A stretch of DNA of 64,000 bases, taken from the NCBI RefSeq assembly GCF_019635155.1, contig NZ_JAHBZY010000005.1, forward strand, positions 24,023 through 88,022, in the 5' to 3' direction. The notes below the pieces were generated by a model. That model was not told the origin of the DNA. It did not search any database and saw only the letters and a program-made list of their open reading frames with translations. The translations under genes were made by a program, and so were the position numbers. The first letter of the stretch is position 1, and the number at the start of each line of letters is the position of its first letter. Shown here piece by piece: positions 32,604-42,238 of the stretch. Origin of the DNA: Nitrosomonas sp. (GTDB lineage: Bacteria; Pseudomonadota; Gammaproteobacteria; Burkholderiales; Nitrosomonadaceae).

Positions 32604-33566
32604 ATGCGGGCGATATTTTTTGATTTCGGTTCAATCACTCGCGGTGACATGGATTGTAACGCACTGGAGCGGACGATTTCGCCGTGGCAGTATCATCACG
32701 ATTCCACCGAAACGGAGGTACTGGAACGGATTTGCGAAGCCGAAGTAGTGGTTAGCAACAAAGTGTTTATCGGGCGTGAAGCCATTGCAAACGCTAAACA
32801 GTTGAAGCTGATTTGCGTGGCGGCGACCGGGTATAACAATGTCGATCTGGCCGCGGCAGCAGAATACAACGTACCGGTGTGCAACGTGCGCGGTTATGCT
32901 ACACCGTCGGTGGTGCAGCATGTGTTGATGCTGATGCTGAACATGGCGCGGCATTTTTCCGACTATCAGGCATTGGTCAAACGCGGTGGCTGGCAGCAAA
33001 GCCGGTTTTTTTGTCCGCTCGATTATCCGATCATGGAATTATCCGGGAAAACGCTCGGCATCATCGGTTATGGTGAGCTTGGGCATGCGGTAGCGCAGGT
33101 TGCGCAGGCATTCGGCATGCAAGTGCTGATCGCCGAGCACAAAGGCAAGCTTTCGCGTCCGGGCAGAATCGCGTTTGATGAGGTATTGCAGCAGGCGGAT
33201 TTTATAAGCTTGCATTGTCCGTTGTCGCCGGACACGCATCATCTGATCAGCCGCCGCGAGTTCGAATTGATGAAACCATCGGCGTATCTGATTAACACCG
33301 CGCGCGGCGGGCTGGTGAATGAAGCCGATTTGCTGGCATTCTTAGCCAGCGGCCGCATTGCCGGTGCCGCGACCGATGTTGTCCAGGGCGAACCGCCGAG
33401 TTATGACCAACCGCTGTTGCGGCACCAACCACCCAATTTGATCATCACGCCGCATATCGCTTGGGCCAGCCGCGAGTCGCGCCAGCGTTTACTCGATCAA
33501 CTGGCTGGTAACATCGGTAATTTCTTTCAGAACAAACCGTTCAATCAAGTTAGCGATGCGCTTTAG
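32604..33566 (+). CDS. D-isomer-specific 2-hydroxyacid dehydrogenase (glycerate/hydroxypyruvate reductase-like)
   Basis: NAD fold GIIGYGELGHAVAQ, the catalytic Arg/Glu/His context (INTARGGLV, TPHIAWAS), and GGAGG upstream of the ATG. Confidence 0.88.
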   Translation: MRAIFFDFGSITRGDMDCNALERTISPWQYHHDSTETEVLERICEAEVVVSNKVFIGREAIANAKQLKLICVAATGYNNVDLAAAAEYNVPVCNVRGYATPSVVQHVLMLMLNMARHFSDYQALVKRGGWQQSRFFCPLDYPIMELSGKTLGIIGYGELGHAVAQVAQAFGMQVLIAEHKGKLSRPGRIAFDEVLQQADFISLHCPLSPDTHHLISRREFELMKPSAYLINTARGGLVNEADLLAFLASGRIAGAATDVVQGEPPSYDQPLLRHQPPNLIITPHIAWASRESRQRLLDQLAGNIGNFFQNKPFNQVSDAL

Positions 33567-33601
33567 CAATAGCGTTGCGTGATTAACCAAGGAGTCAACC
33601 A

Positions 33602-33934
33602 ATGCAGTCATGGATTTTTCTGGCCGTCGCCATCGTCAGCGAGGTGATCGCGACATCGTTTCTCAAAGCGACTGAAGGTTTCACCCGGTTCTGGCCATCA
33701 TTGATCGTCGTGGCCGGTTATCTGCTGGCGTTTTATTTATTGTCGCTGACGTTGAAAACAATTCCGGTCGGAGTGGCTTATGCGATTTGGTCCGGTGTTG
33801 GCATTGTACTGATCGCGCTGAGCGGCTGGCTTTTTCTCGAGCAATCGCTGGATACGCCCGCGATCATCGGTTTGATGATGATCGTGGCGGGTGTGGCAGT
33901 GATCAATGTGTTTTCCCGCACAGTACCGCATTAA
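33602..33934 (+). CDS. SMR-family small multidrug/quaternary-cation efflux protein (EmrE/QacE-like)
   Basis: 110 aa with 4 TM helices and the essential membrane-embedded Glu in AIVSEVIATS. Confidence 0.9.
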   Translation: MQSWIFLAVAIVSEVIATSFLKATEGFTRFWPSLIVVAGYLLAFYLLSLTLKTIPVGVAYAIWSGVGIVLIALSGWLFLEQSLDTPAIIGLMMIVAGVAVINVFSRTVPH

Positions 33935-33942
33935 CAAAGTGT

Positions 33943-35259
33943 TCAGGCAATCCGCAGATCGGCAAGAAACCGGTCGAGAATTTCTTTGGTCACATGCGGC
34001 ATGATCACGACATGTGCGCAGGGTGTCAGCTTTCCATCGAGACTGAGCCGCATCGTGGCGAGTGAATAGCGATCGATTACCGTTTTGTCCGGCGCGATGA
34101 AATAAACAATGTTTGAGTGGTCGTTGATGCGTACAGGGCGCAAGTGGCTGTAGTGATTGTTCATCTCTTTCAGCAAGTAGGCGGTGTTATCCAGTATGTC
34201 TTTAGCGTCCGCGGCTTGCTGTGCCAACGCTTTTTCCGAGCTGAAAAAATAAAATTCAGCCGGTTTGACAGCATCGCGCGAACAGGTGATCGTGCCGGGT
34301 ACTTGCTGGATATATTCCGGGTCGTGGATTTTGCTGAATGGCGTCAGGAACGATGTAAAGTTTTTCCGCGTAGTAATGAATAGTCCTGCAGGGGATGGAA
34401 AACCAAAGAATTTATGACACGAAACAGCGATAGAGTCGTAACGCTCCGATGTGTTGCCAGTCAGCGGATTCACTGTTTGCTGCATGAGCTCGGCGGCAAA
34501 CGGCGTGTGCGGCAAGAAACCGCCAAAAAGTGCGGCATCGAGATGCAGATATGCATTGCGGTTTTTTAACCTTTCCTGGATTGTGTCGATTGGGTCGATC
34601 GCACCTTTGAAGGTGGTGCCGATGGTGGCGACCACCAACGCGGGGCGGTCGCGATGGATGTTCAATTGCCGCTCCAGATCATCGGTATCCATAGCACCGT
34701 CCGGCTTGGTATCGACGATCACTGATTCGAGTTGCAAGACATCGCGCAAAATTTGTATCGAATAATGCGCTTCCTTGGTGAAATAAATTTTTGGCGGCAC
34801 ACCGGTGCGGCTATGCAGAATCGTTCGTCCCATATACAGTCCGTGCATGTTGCTATCGGTACCGCTGTTGCTGAGAAAACCCCACGTGTTGCCGTCGGGA
34901 AAGCCGTAGAGTGCGCCGAAACGATCGATCAATTCGCGCTCGAACGAATGGCTGTTAAAAGGGATATGGCTGTGCTCGTAGGGATTGCCGACATTATTAA
35001 AGGCGAATTGGTTAAATCCCGCGGTGGCGAGTTCGTTGCGCCAAGCGAAGAATTCTTTCGGTAGCGTATTCATATTGATCGGGTAACCGAGGAAATGCTC
35101 TTTTTGGCGAGCAAGACTCTGGATGGTTTCCATCTTGGCAGATACTTTCTGCGGCGGCTGATTTATTTGCGCAGAAGTCGCTAATGCGTATGGTGAGCAT
35201 ACGGCTGCTAAGGCCGTTGCACCTGTCATGCTCAGAAAATGGCGCCGGTTGATAGTCAT
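33943..35259 (-). CDS. Group II PLP-dependent (histidine-decarboxylase-like) decarboxylase with a twin-arginine signal peptide
   Basis: Tat motif NRRHFL, then a hydrophobic region and ALA cleavage site. HDC-like blocks GYPIN, SNSGTDSNMHGLYMGR, ATIGTTFKGAIDPI and LHLDAAL, with the PLP-lysine motif SCHKFFG. AGGAGG lies upstream of the ATG. Confidence 0.8.
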   Translation of the reverse strand: MTINRRHFLSMTGATALAAVCSPYALATSAQINQPPQKVSAKMETIQSLARQKEHFLGYPINMNTLPKEFFAWRNELATAGFNQFAFNNVGNPYEHSHIPFNSHSFERELIDRFGALYGFPDGNTWGFLSNSGTDSNMHGLYMGRTILHSRTGVPPKIYFTKEAHYSIQILRDVLQLESVIVDTKPDGAMDTDDLERQLNIHRDRPALVVATIGTTFKGAIDPIDTIQERLKNRNAYLHLDAALFGGFLPHTPFAAELMQQTVNPLTGNTSERYDSIAVSCHKFFGFPSPAGLFITTRKNFTSFLTPFSKIHDPEYIQQVPGTITCSRDAVKPAEFYFFSSEKALAQQAADAKDILDNTAYLLKEMNNHYSHLRPVRINDHSNIVYFIAPDKTVIDRYSLATMRLSLDGKLTPCAHVVIMPHVTKEILDRFLADLRIA

Positions 35260-35401
35260 GATAATGGCCTCCTGAACAAATAAGCGTTAGATATTACGCG
35301 GTTCGCAAGGTTTCTTACAGTCTTGCAAATAGGTGCTGTCTTGAATTGATGATCGAAGACCGCTATCGTAGTCGATTGATTAATTTTTCTGACATGTGAT
35401 T

Positions 35402-35950
35402 ATGAGCAAGGCATTCACCAAAGAAAGCGAAGACGACGAAGATCCGGACGGCACGCCGCAATTACCGCAGGGCGTGAAGAACTATATTACGCCGGGTGGT
35501 TACCGGCGGTTGAAGGATGAATTCGATCACTTATGGAAGATGGAACGTCCGGAGCTGGTTAAAACCATTACCTGGGCGGCATCGAACGGCGACCGCTCGG
35601 AAAACGGCGATTATATCTACGGTAAACGCCGCCTGCGTGAAATCGACCGGCGCTTACGCTTTTTATCCAAACGCCTGGATAATGCCGAGGTGGTCGATCC
35701 GGCGCAACGCGGCGACTGCGATCAAGTATTTTTCGGTGCTACTGTAACCGTTTGCAATGATCAAAACGAAGAACATACTTACAGCATCGTTGGCATGGAC
35801 GAAGCCGAACCAAGCCGAGGCCGCATCAGTTGGATTTCGCCGTTGGCCAAAGCATTACTCAAAGCGCGCGAGGGCGACATGGTGATGCTGCAAACACCGG
35901 GTGGGTTGGAAGAATTGGAAGTGGTGGCGATTCGCTACGAGGCGTTGTGA
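35402..35950 (+). CDS. greB: Transcription elongation factor GreB (with an acidic N-terminal extension)
   Basis: WAASNGDRSENGDYIYGKRRLREIDRRLRFL closely matches the GreB coiled-coil signature. The C-terminal FKBP-like domain contains ISWISPLAKALL. Confidence 0.88.
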   Translation: MSKAFTKESEDDEDPDGTPQLPQGVKNYITPGGYRRLKDEFDHLWKMERPELVKTITWAASNGDRSENGDYIYGKRRLREIDRRLRFLSKRLDNAEVVDPAQRGDCDQVFFGATVTVCNDQNEEHTYSIVGMDEAEPSRGRISWISPLAKALLKAREGDMVMLQTPGGLEELEVVAIRYEAL

Positions 35951-35959
35951 GTTAGGATT

Positions 35960-36376
35960 TTATTTATGCAGAATCTCGCCATCTACATATAGCCATAATT
36001 CATATTCACGCACAAAGCGACTGATTTCGTGTAAGCGGTGCGCGCGACCATTGATTTTGTAACGTGCAATGAACTCCACGATGGCTTGATCCGCAGCAGT
36101 TTGCTCGTGGCGTTTGACGGTCAGTCCTAACCACTGTTGCGCCGGCTGTCCGGTTAATTCCAGCGATGCCGGGCGCGACTCCGGGTGCCAGGTCGCAAGT
36201 AGATAGTCTTCACGTTTCAAGGTATATGCGGTGTAGCGTGAGCGCATTAGGTTTTCTGCGGTAGAGGCTGTCTCGTTCTGATCCAGATAACGGCTGCAGC
36301 AGTTTTCATAATGCTTGGTGCTGCCGCACGGGCAGGGCGATGTTTTCAAGTGGGCGGTTGGGGTATTCATATACAA
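35960..36376 (-). CDS. ychJ: YchJ-family (UPF0225) protein with a SEC-C metal-binding motif
   Basis: CPCGSTKHYENCC SEC-C motif at the N-terminus, followed by an NTF2-like region; 138 aa. Confidence 0.82.
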   Translation of the reverse strand: MYMNTPTAHLKTSPCPCGSTKHYENCCSRYLDQNETASTAENLMRSRYTAYTLKREDYLLATWHPESRPASLELTGQPAQQWLGLTVKRHEQTAADQAIVEFIARYKINGRAHRLHEISRFVREYELWLYVDGEILHK

Positions 36377-36412
36377 TGCGGTTTGTTCGCCGTGTAATTT
36401 ACCATAGTCCGC

Positions 36413-37606
36413 ATGAATATCGCGTTGACCACTTCATCAGTGGATCCAGTGAATCTCCAATCGCGCCGGATCGCGCATCTGGACATGGATGCGTTTTATG
36501 CATCGGTCGAGTTGTTGCGTTACCCCGAATTGCGCGGATTGCCGGTGGTGATCGCCGGGCGGGATGAACATCAACCGGTGATTCAAGCGGATGGTCAACG
36601 ACATTTTTTTCGTTTGCGCGATTATGCCGGACGTGGTGTCATTACCACCGCGACCTATGAAGCGCGGGCATTGGGCGTGCATTCCGCGATGGGTGTGATG
36701 AAAGCGGCGAAACTGGCGCCGGATGCGGTTTTGTTGCCGGTCGATTTTGCTGCTTACCGGCATTATTCACGGTTATTCAAAGCCGCGGTTGCCAGCATCG
36801 TTACGAGGATTGAGGATTCCGGCATCGATGAAATCTATTTGGATCTCAGCGACCTGCCGGACGATACGTCTGTACTGGCTATCCGGCTTAAACAAGCGGT
36901 CAAAGATGCAACCGGGCTTTCATGTTCGATCGGTATCGCACCGAATAAATTATTGGCGAAAATCTGCTCCGATCTGGAGAAACCGGATGGACTGACGATC
37001 CTTGGCTTATCTGATATTCCGCAGCGTATTTGGCCGTTGCCGGTGCGGAAAATCAATGGCATCGGTCCGAAAGCCGCAAGCAAACTGGCATCGCTGGGTA
37101 TTACTACGATCGCCGAATTGGCGCAGACCGAACTAAGCGTGTTGTACCGGCATTTCGGGCGCAGTTATTCGATTTGGTTGTACGAAGTATCCCGCGGTGT
37201 TGACCATCGTCCGGTAATCGTTGATGCGGAGCCTAAGTCGATGAGCCGGGAAACGACATTTGAACGCGATCTGGATGCGCGCCGGGACCGGCAAGAATTA
37301 TCGATTGCATTTACCGCGCTGTGCGAGCAAGTGGCCGATGATTTACGGCGCAAAGGTTATGCCGGACGCACGATCAGCATTAAATTGCGTTTTGATAATT
37401 TTCAGACAGTTACGCGCGATCTTTCCCTGGTCGTACATACCGCCGATCCAATCCGAATCCGCCGCACTGCGGGAGAGTGCTTACGGCGAGTGTCATTAGA
37501 TAAAAAGATCCGTTTACTAGGAGTTAAAGTCAGCGGATTGTGTGCGGCTTCCTCCACTCCTACCACCGAGACGTGCCGTCAAAGGGAGCTACCACTGATT
37601 CCCTGA
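36413..37606 (+). CDS. dinB: DNA polymerase IV (Y-family translesion polymerase)
   Basis: IAHLDMDAFYASVE, SIDEIYLDL and the SIGIAPNKLLAK motifs. The start is uncertain: in-frame GTG codons at 36440 and 36449 are alternatives. Confidence 0.92.
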   Translation: MNIALTTSSVDPVNLQSRRIAHLDMDAFYASVELLRYPELRGLPVVIAGRDEHQPVIQADGQRHFFRLRDYAGRGVITTATYEARALGVHSAMGVMKAAKLAPDAVLLPVDFAAYRHYSRLFKAAVASIVTRIEDSGIDEIYLDLSDLPDDTSVLAIRLKQAVKDATGLSCSIGIAPNKLLAKICSDLEKPDGLTILGLSDIPQRIWPLPVRKINGIGPKAASKLASLGITTIAELAQTELSVLYRHFGRSYSIWLYEVSRGVDHRPVIVDAEPKSMSRETTFERDLDARRDRQELSIAFTALCEQVADDLRRKGYAGRTISIKLRFDNFQTVTRDLSLVVHTADPIRIRRTAGECLRRVSLDKKIRLLGVKVSGLCAASSTPTTETCRQRELPLIP

Positions 37607-37780
37607 GTATTGCGATGTTATTTATCTAAACCGCAATCAAGGCCCTATAAATCCGGTTATTACTCATTAAATGTTTGTCTGGTTTCTTATACACTTGTGA
37701 CGATGACAGAGGTGGGCTCAATACTCGCCGGCTGTTTTCAATCGCGTAACAACAAGAAAAATTTCAGAAGGAAATGAAGA

Positions 37781-38446
37781 ATGGTTGATCGGACGAATCT
37801 TTATCGGATAGCACCTTTTGCTGCGTATGTTTTTTTCATGATCCTGGAAGATGTGTTGTTGAAGTTTGGCTGGGAAGCAAACGATATACGCTGGCTCTAT
37901 GCGGCGAAAATAATTGTTGTGGCGGGATTGCTCTGGGGCATGCGTAGTGCTTATAGCGAATTACGTTGGCCTGGTGCTGCCGGTTTCCGCACTTGGGGTA
38001 TTGCGGTTATTGCCGGCATCGTGGTGTTTGTTGCTTGGATTAATATGACGGCGGATTGGATGGTCATGGGGGAAGCGGTGGGCTTTGATCCACGCAATGA
38101 TGACGAAATCGATTGGGTTTTCGTTGCTGTGCGGATAGCTGGTGCGGCTTTAGTGGTTCCGGTAATGGAAGAACTTTTTTGGCGATCATTTTTGATGCGG
38201 TGGATTCAACATCCGAATTTTCTGAGTGTGGATCCCGCTCAAGTAGGTCTCAAGGCATTGGCCATCGCAGCGATATTGTTTGCGGTCGCGCACAGTTTAT
38301 GGTTCGCCGGTCTGTTCGCCGGGATCGTCTATAGTTTGTTGTATATGCGCAGCGGGACGTTATGGTCGCCAATACTGGCTCATGCCGTTACCAACGGGAT
38401 ATTGGGGATCTGGATTGTGGTTACCGGAAATTGGGGGTTTTGGTAA
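37781..38446 (+). CDS. CPBP/CAAX-protease-related intramembrane metalloprotease (the type associated with PEP-CTERM/exosortase systems)
   Basis: Multi-TM protein with EELFWRSFL (the EExxxR motif), FAVAHSLW and HAVTNG motifs. Confidence 0.78.
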   Translation: MVDRTNLYRIAPFAAYVFFMILEDVLLKFGWEANDIRWLYAAKIIVVAGLLWGMRSAYSELRWPGAAGFRTWGIAVIAGIVVFVAWINMTADWMVMGEAVGFDPRNDDEIDWVFVAVRIAGAALVVPVMEELFWRSFLMRWIQHPNFLSVDPAQVGLKALAIAAILFAVAHSLWFAGLFAGIVYSLLYMRSGTLWSPILAHAVTNGILGIWIVVTGNWGFW

Positions 38447-38477
38447 AGGTGATGGATGGTGAATTTCTCACCATCCG

Positions 38478-39362
38478 CTAAATAACATTCTCAGGGTGTT
38501 CGACAATTTCGTGGTAAATCATATGATGCAAGGTAAATACCTGATCCGGCTTTATGTCGGAGAATTCAAGGCCGGTGCAAATGACTTTCTGATTGTTTTT
38601 GTTTATTTGTTTGGCGGACCGAATAACCGCTTTGATCGATAGATGCAGTTCTCTGCTGAGGATATTGATATTAAAGGATAAGGTAACGGTTGAGCCGAGC
38701 GTTCCCAAAGGCAGCTTCGAACTGACCCCGGCTCCGCAGATACTCAGATCGGTAATGGCTATCGGGATTGCCTTTTCGGCTACCGTTGCTTCAATATTGC
38801 ATTTAATTCTTCGGGATTTCCGGATGTTTTGACCCTGAACGACTTTGGGGAACGATAGATGTAGGTATTTGAAAGGAGCTTTGATTACTTTATCCACAAA
38901 AGCTGTAAATTTGTAAGCGTACTGACCGGTTACTAAACGAATATTCAACTGATCCCCTTCGATCAAAGGCTCTCCGATGATCTGATCGGATACCGGCATG
39001 GTGACGATTAGAGTGTTATTCGGTACGTAGCCGATCATAGATACCGTATAAGAATTCTGAGAGAGATCGCATGATTTTCTTAATTTTGAATAAGCCGCTA
39101 GAGTGATGTACATTTTTTGTCCCACTTTAATTTGCATATCTTCAAAACCGATCTGATCCGGTATTTTCTTGTCAGCTTCGGTTTGCTGAAGGGCGGGCGA
39201 TTGCATACGAAAGACTGACAGTTCCTCCAATTCTCTGAGTTCATCCGCTGTTTTGAAGATATATCCGCGTTTTTGTATCGGTTTCTGGGATTGATCAAAT
39301 AAATCCCATGGTAACGGTTGTCCTACAGTCAAATCGGATGTTTGTATCGGTGTCATGTTCAT
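38478..39362 (-). CDS. PilZ-domain c-di-GMP receptor, YcgR-like two-domain architecture
   Basis: C-terminal PilZ signature RKSRRIKCN (RxxxR), followed by DLSICGAG (D/NxSxxG). The N-terminal half is YcgR-N-like. Confidence 0.72.
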   Translation of the reverse strand: MNMTPIQTSDLTVGQPLPWDLFDQSQKPIQKRGYIFKTADELRELEELSVFRMQSPALQQTEADKKIPDQIGFEDMQIKVGQKMYITLAAYSKLRKSCDLSQNSYTVSMIGYVPNNTLIVTMPVSDQIIGEPLIEGDQLNIRLVTGQYAYKFTAFVDKVIKAPFKYLHLSFPKVVQGQNIRKSRRIKCNIEATVAEKAIPIAITDLSICGAGVSSKLPLGTLGSTVTLSFNINILSRELHLSIKAVIRSAKQINKNNQKVICTGLEFSDIKPDQVFTLHHMIYHEIVEHPENVI

Positions 39363-39756
39363 AGTTGATTATTATTGATTATTAACAAATTGGATGACTT
39401 GATATTGATTCTTCTATCTATTCAGTATGCTTTCTCATTTTTTGATAAGTACCGGTCTGATTTTTTACGGAGTCGATTCGCCAAAACTTTAATGTTTTGA
39501 AATGAAATTAACATTGCGTGTTGCGGATTATATGAAAGGTTCCCTGGTAACATAATATTTGAGAAAAGCGTATTGTTATGATTACGTGAATCGCGCCGCG
39601 GGCGTGTTGTAATTTATATCAACCAATTCATTTGTTTCGCGTATTTGCGTTGACCCTTAATATAATTCAATGATAGAGTTCTTACCATGGAGTTATCAGG
39701 GTCTTTGTCATTAACTTATCTGTATCTTTTTTAACAATATTTCAGAGGGGGGGAGA

Positions 39757-41154
39757 ATGGAATATAAAACAAAATATAAGGACCAGATGATCAATACCGT
39801 GGCTGGAGGATTGTTGTTGCTCGGTATGAATTCGTCTGGTGTTTATGCGAACAGTGCGATTAGCAGTAACGAATTGAGCAATAACCCTTTTGTTAGAGCA
39901 ATCAAAAACAGCGGCATTGAATTCGGCGGCTGGGTGCAAGGCGGTGCAACGTATAATCCAAGCCAAACACATGGCTTTATGGGACCTGTTACTTTTGCGG
40001 ATCAAGCAAACAGGTTTCAATTAAATCAGTTGAATTTCTTCGTGGAACGGGGTGTGAAAACTGAAGGAAAGGGGTGGGATTTTGGTTTCCGGGCTGATTT
40101 CCTGTTTGGTACCGATGCTATTTTTACGCAAGCTTACGGTAACCCGGCTTTTGATGTTAATAACGGTAGACCGCTGGCGGATCGCGGCAATTGGGATTTG
40201 GGAATTTGTTGTAATTCCAGTCGTACTTACGGTATTGCAATTCCTCAGGCTTTTGCAGAGATATATGTGCCAATTGGAAATGGCTTGAATGTTAAAGTGG
40301 GGCATTTCTACACACCGATAGGTTATGAAACGGTTCCTGCGCCCAATAACTTCTTCTATACCCATGCTTATACCATGCAGTATGGCGAACCATTTACGCA
40401 TACCGGTGTACTGGGTAACTACAATGTCAACAAAAATATCGTTGCGATGTTTGGTACCATTGGCGGCAGCGGAACCGGCGGTTGGGATGGAAACTTTGAC
40501 AAGCAAATGGAAAACTGGGGAGGTATCGGTGGTGTTACCTGGACCAGCGATGACCACAAAACTTCTTTTAATGTCAGCGGTACCGGTAGCACGACATCGA
40601 CCCGGAATAGCAGCTTCTGGGGAATGTACAGCATCGTCTTGCAACACCAATTTACCGACAGAACACATTTAGTCTTGCAACACGATCATGGTTTTGCGGA
40701 TAACGTAATGTTATTTAACAATGTGTATTCCGGTGTTGTCAAAGATGCCCAGTGGTATGGTGTAAACACGCATTTTTACTATGATGCGACGCCTAATGTC
40801 TCGGTGGGTGTTCGCGCCGAATGGTTTCGTGATCGCGATGGCTTTCGGGTGTTCGCGCCGGGCAGGGTGACTGCGGCTACCAATTATCTTGGAACCAGTT
40901 ACGCCAGTAACGTTGGCTTACTTGGCACCAGTACGCCTGCTGATTATTATGCTGTAACGATCGGTGCAAACTGGAAAGCGGCAAAAACATTGAATGTGCC
41001 TTGGAAAGGCATGAGAAATTTTAATCTTCGTCCGAATATTCGCTATGATCGCGTAGATGCTTTGCACGAATCATTGCAAGCTTCCGCTTATCGTCCATTC
41101 GGTGGTAATAAAGATCAAATCATCTTCTCGCTGGATGCTATTTTACCTTTCTAG
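39757..41154 (+). CDS. Outer-membrane beta-barrel porin (OmpL-like / DUF1597-type)
   Basis: A signal peptide, alternating amphipathic beta-strand pattern, many aromatic girdle residues, and a terminal Phe (LDAILPF). GGGGGGAG lies before the ATG. Confidence 0.7.
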   Translation: MEYKTKYKDQMINTVAGGLLLLGMNSSGVYANSAISSNELSNNPFVRAIKNSGIEFGGWVQGGATYNPSQTHGFMGPVTFADQANRFQLNQLNFFVERGVKTEGKGWDFGFRADFLFGTDAIFTQAYGNPAFDVNNGRPLADRGNWDLGICCNSSRTYGIAIPQAFAEIYVPIGNGLNVKVGHFYTPIGYETVPAPNNFFYTHAYTMQYGEPFTHTGVLGNYNVNKNIVAMFGTIGGSGTGGWDGNFDKQMENWGGIGGVTWTSDDHKTSFNVSGTGSTTSTRNSSFWGMYSIVLQHQFTDRTHLVLQHDHGFADNVMLFNNVYSGVVKDAQWYGVNTHFYYDATPNVSVGVRAEWFRDRDGFRVFAPGRVTAATNYLGTSYASNVGLLGTSTPADYYAVTIGANWKAAKTLNVPWKGMRNFNLRPNIRYDRVDALHESLQASAYRPFGGNKDQIIFSLDAILPF

Positions 41155-41183
41155 ATATTGACGATCCTGATAATTATGGAACA

Positions 41184-41208
41184 AAAATGCGCCTTAGGGC
41201 GCTTTTTT
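41184..41208. terminator. Bidirectional terminator between the porin gene and rluD
   Basis: AAAAATGCGCC-TTAG-GGCGCTTTTTT: a short GC stem flanked by an A-run and a T-run. Confidence 0.65.
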
Positions 41209-41218
41209 GTATGCACGC

Positions 41219-42238
41219 TTAATTCTTTTTAAGTTGCCGCAAGGTTTGTAGCAACACATCGATATCTTCCGGAGCCGGGGCTTCCCAGTTGCAAACTTGC
41301 CCGGTTTTCGGGTGAATCAGCGATAGTTTCCGTGCATGTAACGCTTGCCGGGGAAAACTCGATATGAGTTGCCCTGTTTTTGATTCCGGGCTTATCGGCT
41401 TTCCGCCATAGACCGGATCGCCGATCAACGCATGACCAATAGTATTCATATGTACCCGGATTTGATGCGTGCGGCCTGTTTCAAGGCTGCACTGCAACAA
41501 AGTGCATTGAAAGAAAGTTTCAATCACTTGGTAATGTGTCCGTGCGGGTTTGCCTGTTGCAGTGACCGCCATTTTTGTGCGCTGCGTGGGATGACGTCCA
41601 ATGGGTGCATCGACAAGACCCCCTTGCTGAATTTCTCCTAACGCCAACGCCAGGTAATCACGCTTTACAGTTCGTTGCTGTAATTGACGCACGAGACTTG
41701 TTTGTGCTTCCACGGTTTTTGCAATGACTAGCAAACCGGTGGTGTTTTTGTCCAAGCGGTGCACGATCCCGGCTCTAGGAACATGTTCCAATTGCGGAGC
41801 ATGGTGCAGTAATGCGTTCAGCAATGTACCGTTCCAGTTGCCATTTCCTGGGTGGGTTACCAATCCGGCCGGTTTGTCGATGACTATCAATGCATCGTCT
41901 TCATAAATCACGGTGAGATCGATATTTTCGGGCCTAAATGCCGTTTCGTGGGTGATATCGTGTGGTAAAACCCGCACGCATTCATTTCCCCAAACCTTAT
42001 GTTTCGCAGTGGTCGGCTGATCGTCCAGTGTTACCCGATTTTCGGCAATCCATGTTTGCAAACGGCTGCGAGACCAATGGGGTAACAATTTTGCTAATGC
42101 TTGATCCAGCCGCAAACCGGCGCAGCCGATTGGAATGATTAATGCAAGCACCGCACAATCCGGATCACTCGGTGTGAGTGAACCCGGCTTTACGCTATAA
42201 TCCCCGGATTGATCATCGCTATTAATGGAACTTGTCAT
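41219..42238 (-). CDS. rluD: 23S rRNA pseudouridine(1911/1915/1917) synthase RluD
   Basis: S4 domain (RLDQALAKLLP.WSRSRLQTWI) and the catalytic motif GIVHRLDKNTTGLLV. The start is uncertain (ATG at 42238 or 42304, or GTG at 42151). Confidence 0.88.
   Translation of the reverse strand: MTSSINSDDQSGDYSVKPGSLTPSDPDCAVLALIIPIGCAGLRLDQALAKLLPHWSRSRLQTWIAENRVTLDDQPTTAKHKVWGNECVRVLPHDITHETAFRPENIDLTVIYEDDALIVIDKPAGLVTHPGNGNWNGTLLNALLHHAPQLEHVPRAGIVHRLDKNTTGLLVIAKTVEAQTSLVRQLQQRTVKRDYLALALGEIQQGGLVDAPIGRHPTQRTKMAVTATGKPARTHYQVIETFFQCTLLQCSLETGRTHQIRVHMNTIGHALIGDPVYGGKPISPESKTGQLISSFPRQALHARKLSLIHPKTGQVCNWEAPAPEDIDVLLQTLRQLKKN

Noticed and set aside
40021-40668. 215-aa antisense ORF inside the porin gene (and the smaller ORFs 40082..40288, 40325..40672, 40419..40634)
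   Set aside because: They are embedded in a gene with a signal peptide, beta-barrel pattern and terminal Phe. The antisense products have no features.
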